Source: Lama glama
Taxonomy: Eukaryota
Direction of reading: 5' to 3'
Assembly: GCA_028534125.1 (NCBI GenBank)
Contig: CM052816.1
Coordinates: forward strand, 76,262,001 to 76,326,000
Length of the DNA stretch: 64,000 bases
The translations under genes were made by a program, and so were the position numbers. Numbering within the stretch: position 1 is the stretch's first letter; the number at the start of each line of letters is the position of its first letter. Of the stretch, positions 63,301-64,000 are shown piece by piece. A model generated the notes under the pieces. It saw only the letters and a list, made by a program, of their open reading frames with translations. It made no database searches and was not told the DNA's origin.

Positions 63301-64000
63301 CATCTTTTTGTCTTGTATATAACTTAACTACTTATTGTGGATATAGATAATTTTACTACTTTTGTTTTTTAATCTTCCTACTAGCTTTATAAGTGGTTGA
63401 TCTACTACCTTTACCCAGTGTTTGCCTTTACCAGTGAGATTTCTCCTTTCATAATTTTATTTTTCCAGGTGTAGTCTCTTTTTTTCCACTTAGGGAAGTC
63501 CCTTTAACATTTCTCATAAATCTGGCTTAGTGATGCTGAACTCTTAGCTTTTACTTGTCTATAAAAACTCTCTGTCTCTCCTTCAAATCTGAATGGGGGC
63601 CCTGCCAGGTAGAGTATTCTTTGTTGTAGGTTTTTCCCTTACATTACTTGGAATACATCATGCCACTCCCTTCTGGCCTGAAAATTTCTGCTGAAAAATT
63701 AGCTTGTAGTCTCTTGGGAGTTCTTTGTACATAACTGGTTGCTTTTTCTTGCTGCTTTTAAGATTCTCTCTTTACCTTTTGACATTTTAATTATAGTGTG
63801 TCATGGTGTGGACTTCTTTGGGTTCATCTTGTTTTAGACTCTGTGCTTCCTGGACCTAGGTATCTGTTTCCTTTCCCAGATTAGGGAAGTTTTCAGCTAT
63901 TATTTCTTGAAATATGTTACCCTTTTCTTTCTCTCTTCTCCTCCTGAGACCTCTATAATGCAAATATTGATATGCTTGGTATTGTCCCAGAAATCTCTTA
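60388..64000 (-). mobile_element. L1 (ORF1 3' part, spacer, ORF2 EN and RT), lacking its 3' end and running off the window
   Basis: RT catalytic motif decayed to LSLFADN (60984-60995); ORF2 start region near 63005; ORF1 stop near 63490; many frameshifts. Confidence 0.92.

Noticed and set aside
1..64000. tRNA/rRNA/snRNA/miRNA genes, CRISPR arrays, CpG-island promoter, intact retroelement or viral ORFs
   Set aside because: None seen; no regularly spaced repeat-spacer arrays; CpG is depleted throughout; all L1 ORFs are disrupted.

Overview
AT-rich, CpG-depleted eutherian mammal genomic DNA with two assembly gaps (100 N at 27519-27618; 500 N at 41719-42218). It is intronic or intergenic in character and dominated by transposable-element relics: LINE-1 copies of several ages, L2, MIR, MaLR/ERVL solo LTRs, hAT-Charlie MITEs and microsatellites. 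I saw no Alu, B1, BovA/BovB, PRE-1 or Can-SINE elements, and the youngest L1 3' ends resemble camelid L1 as I recall it, so a camelid origin is my inference. No protein-coding exon of a known gene and no RNA gene could be recognised; the listed ORFs are either decayed L1 ORF1/ORF2 pieces or look spurious. I found no evidence of a new biological system. The best-supported observations are unusual retrotransposition signatures: (1) a tail-less 5'UTR+ORF1-only L1 with a perfect 11-bp target-site duplication (TSD), suggesting internal priming or a HAL1-like element; (2) a both-ends-intact L1 missing about 1.7 kb including the RT core, whose TSDs show reciprocal CpG decay; (3) a 5'-inverted (twin-primed) young L1 nested in an older L1; (4) a probable solo poly(A) insertion with a 19-bp TSD; (5) a 500-N gap that appears to replace only about 7 bp. 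Several splice-site-bounded candidate exons are listed as unverified. Repeat family names come from recalled consensus similarity, not a database search, and boundaries of old repeats are approximate.
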